A stretch of DNA of 64,000 bases from Chrysemys picta bellii (lineage: Eukaryota): the NCBI RefSeq assembly GCF_011386835.1, contig NC_088798.1, positions 108,066,001 to 108,130,000 of the forward strand, written 5' to 3'. Positions within the stretch are counted from its first letter, which is position 1. Every line of letters starts with the position of its first letter. The position numbers and the translations under genes are program-made. Of this stretch, positions 63,357 to 64,000 are shown piece after piece. The notes under the pieces are model-generated. The model was not told the DNA's origin. It made no database searches and saw only the letters and a program-made list of their open reading frames with translations.

Positions 63357-63966
63357 GAATCATAGAAGATTAGGGTTGGAAGAGACCTCAGGAGGTCATC
63401 TAGTTCAACCCCCTGCTCAAAGCAGGACCAACCCCAACTGTATCAACCCAGCAAGGGCTTTGTCAAGCCAGGCCTTAAAAACCTCTAAGGATGGAGATTC
63501 CATCCCTAGGTAACCCATTCCAGTGCTTCACCACCCTCCTAGTGAAATAGTTTTTCCTAATATCCAACCTAGACCTTCCCACTGCAACTTGAGACCATTG
63601 CTTCTTGTTCTGTCATCTGCCACCACTGAGAACAGCCTCAGCCTCTCTTCGTAAGCCATGTGCCCCAGCCCCCTAATCATTTTCGTTGCCCTCCGCTAGT
63701 CTCTCTCCAATTTGTCCACATCTTTTGTGTAGTGGGGGGCCAAAACCTGGATGCAGTACTCCAGCTGTGGCTTCACCAGTGCCGAATAGAGAGGAATAAT
63801 CACTTCCCTCGATCTGCTGGCAATGCACCTACTAATGCAGCCCAATATGCCGTTAGCCTTCTTGGCAACATGGGCACACTGATGACTCATATCCAGCTTC
63901 TCGTTCACTGTAATCCCAGATCCTTTTCTGCAGAACTGCTGCTTAGCCAATTGGTCCCCAGCCTGT
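63357..63966 (-). mobile_element. CR1 LINE fragment (second subfamily, agaatcat tail) with ORF2 C-terminal remnant
   Basis: ORF 63696-63950 gives [19 protein letters not shown]...[19 protein letters not shown], a CR1 ORF2 motif; internal deletion near 63650. Confidence 0.9.
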
Positions 63967-64000
63967 CCTAAAGCTGCACGTGTCCTTGTTTAACCTCATC

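Overview
Vertebrate genomic DNA, very likely turtle: it carries turtle-type CR1 3' ends, Penelope/hammerhead termini, DIRS, hAT/Harbinger/Tigger-like MITEs and Gypsy-type LTRs. The only host coding sequence I can support is the 41-bp first coding exon of CLINT1 (epsinR; MLNMWKVRELVDKA) on the minus strand at 26089-26129. It lies in a CpG island with a cluster of four ZNF143/SBS-type motifs upstream. Positions 1-26088 are CLINT1 intron 1; I did not find exon 2 in the window. Positions ~26700-64000 are intergenic, plausibly the desert toward EBF1 if human synteny holds. A ~3.9-kb G-rich minisatellite with higher-order structure abuts the island inside intron 1 and explains the giant ORFs in the track. 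Other points of interest: six Penelope-derived fragments, one with an intact dimer-type hammerhead core and a target-site duplication; an apparently full-length LF-SINE-like element; two fold-back/head-to-head CR1 structures; a perfect 56-bp copy inserted into a G-tract; and a 5' half of a DIRS element. I found no convincing novel protein-coding system. Repeat family names come from remembered consensus features, not from a database search, and boundaries without TSDs are approximate.
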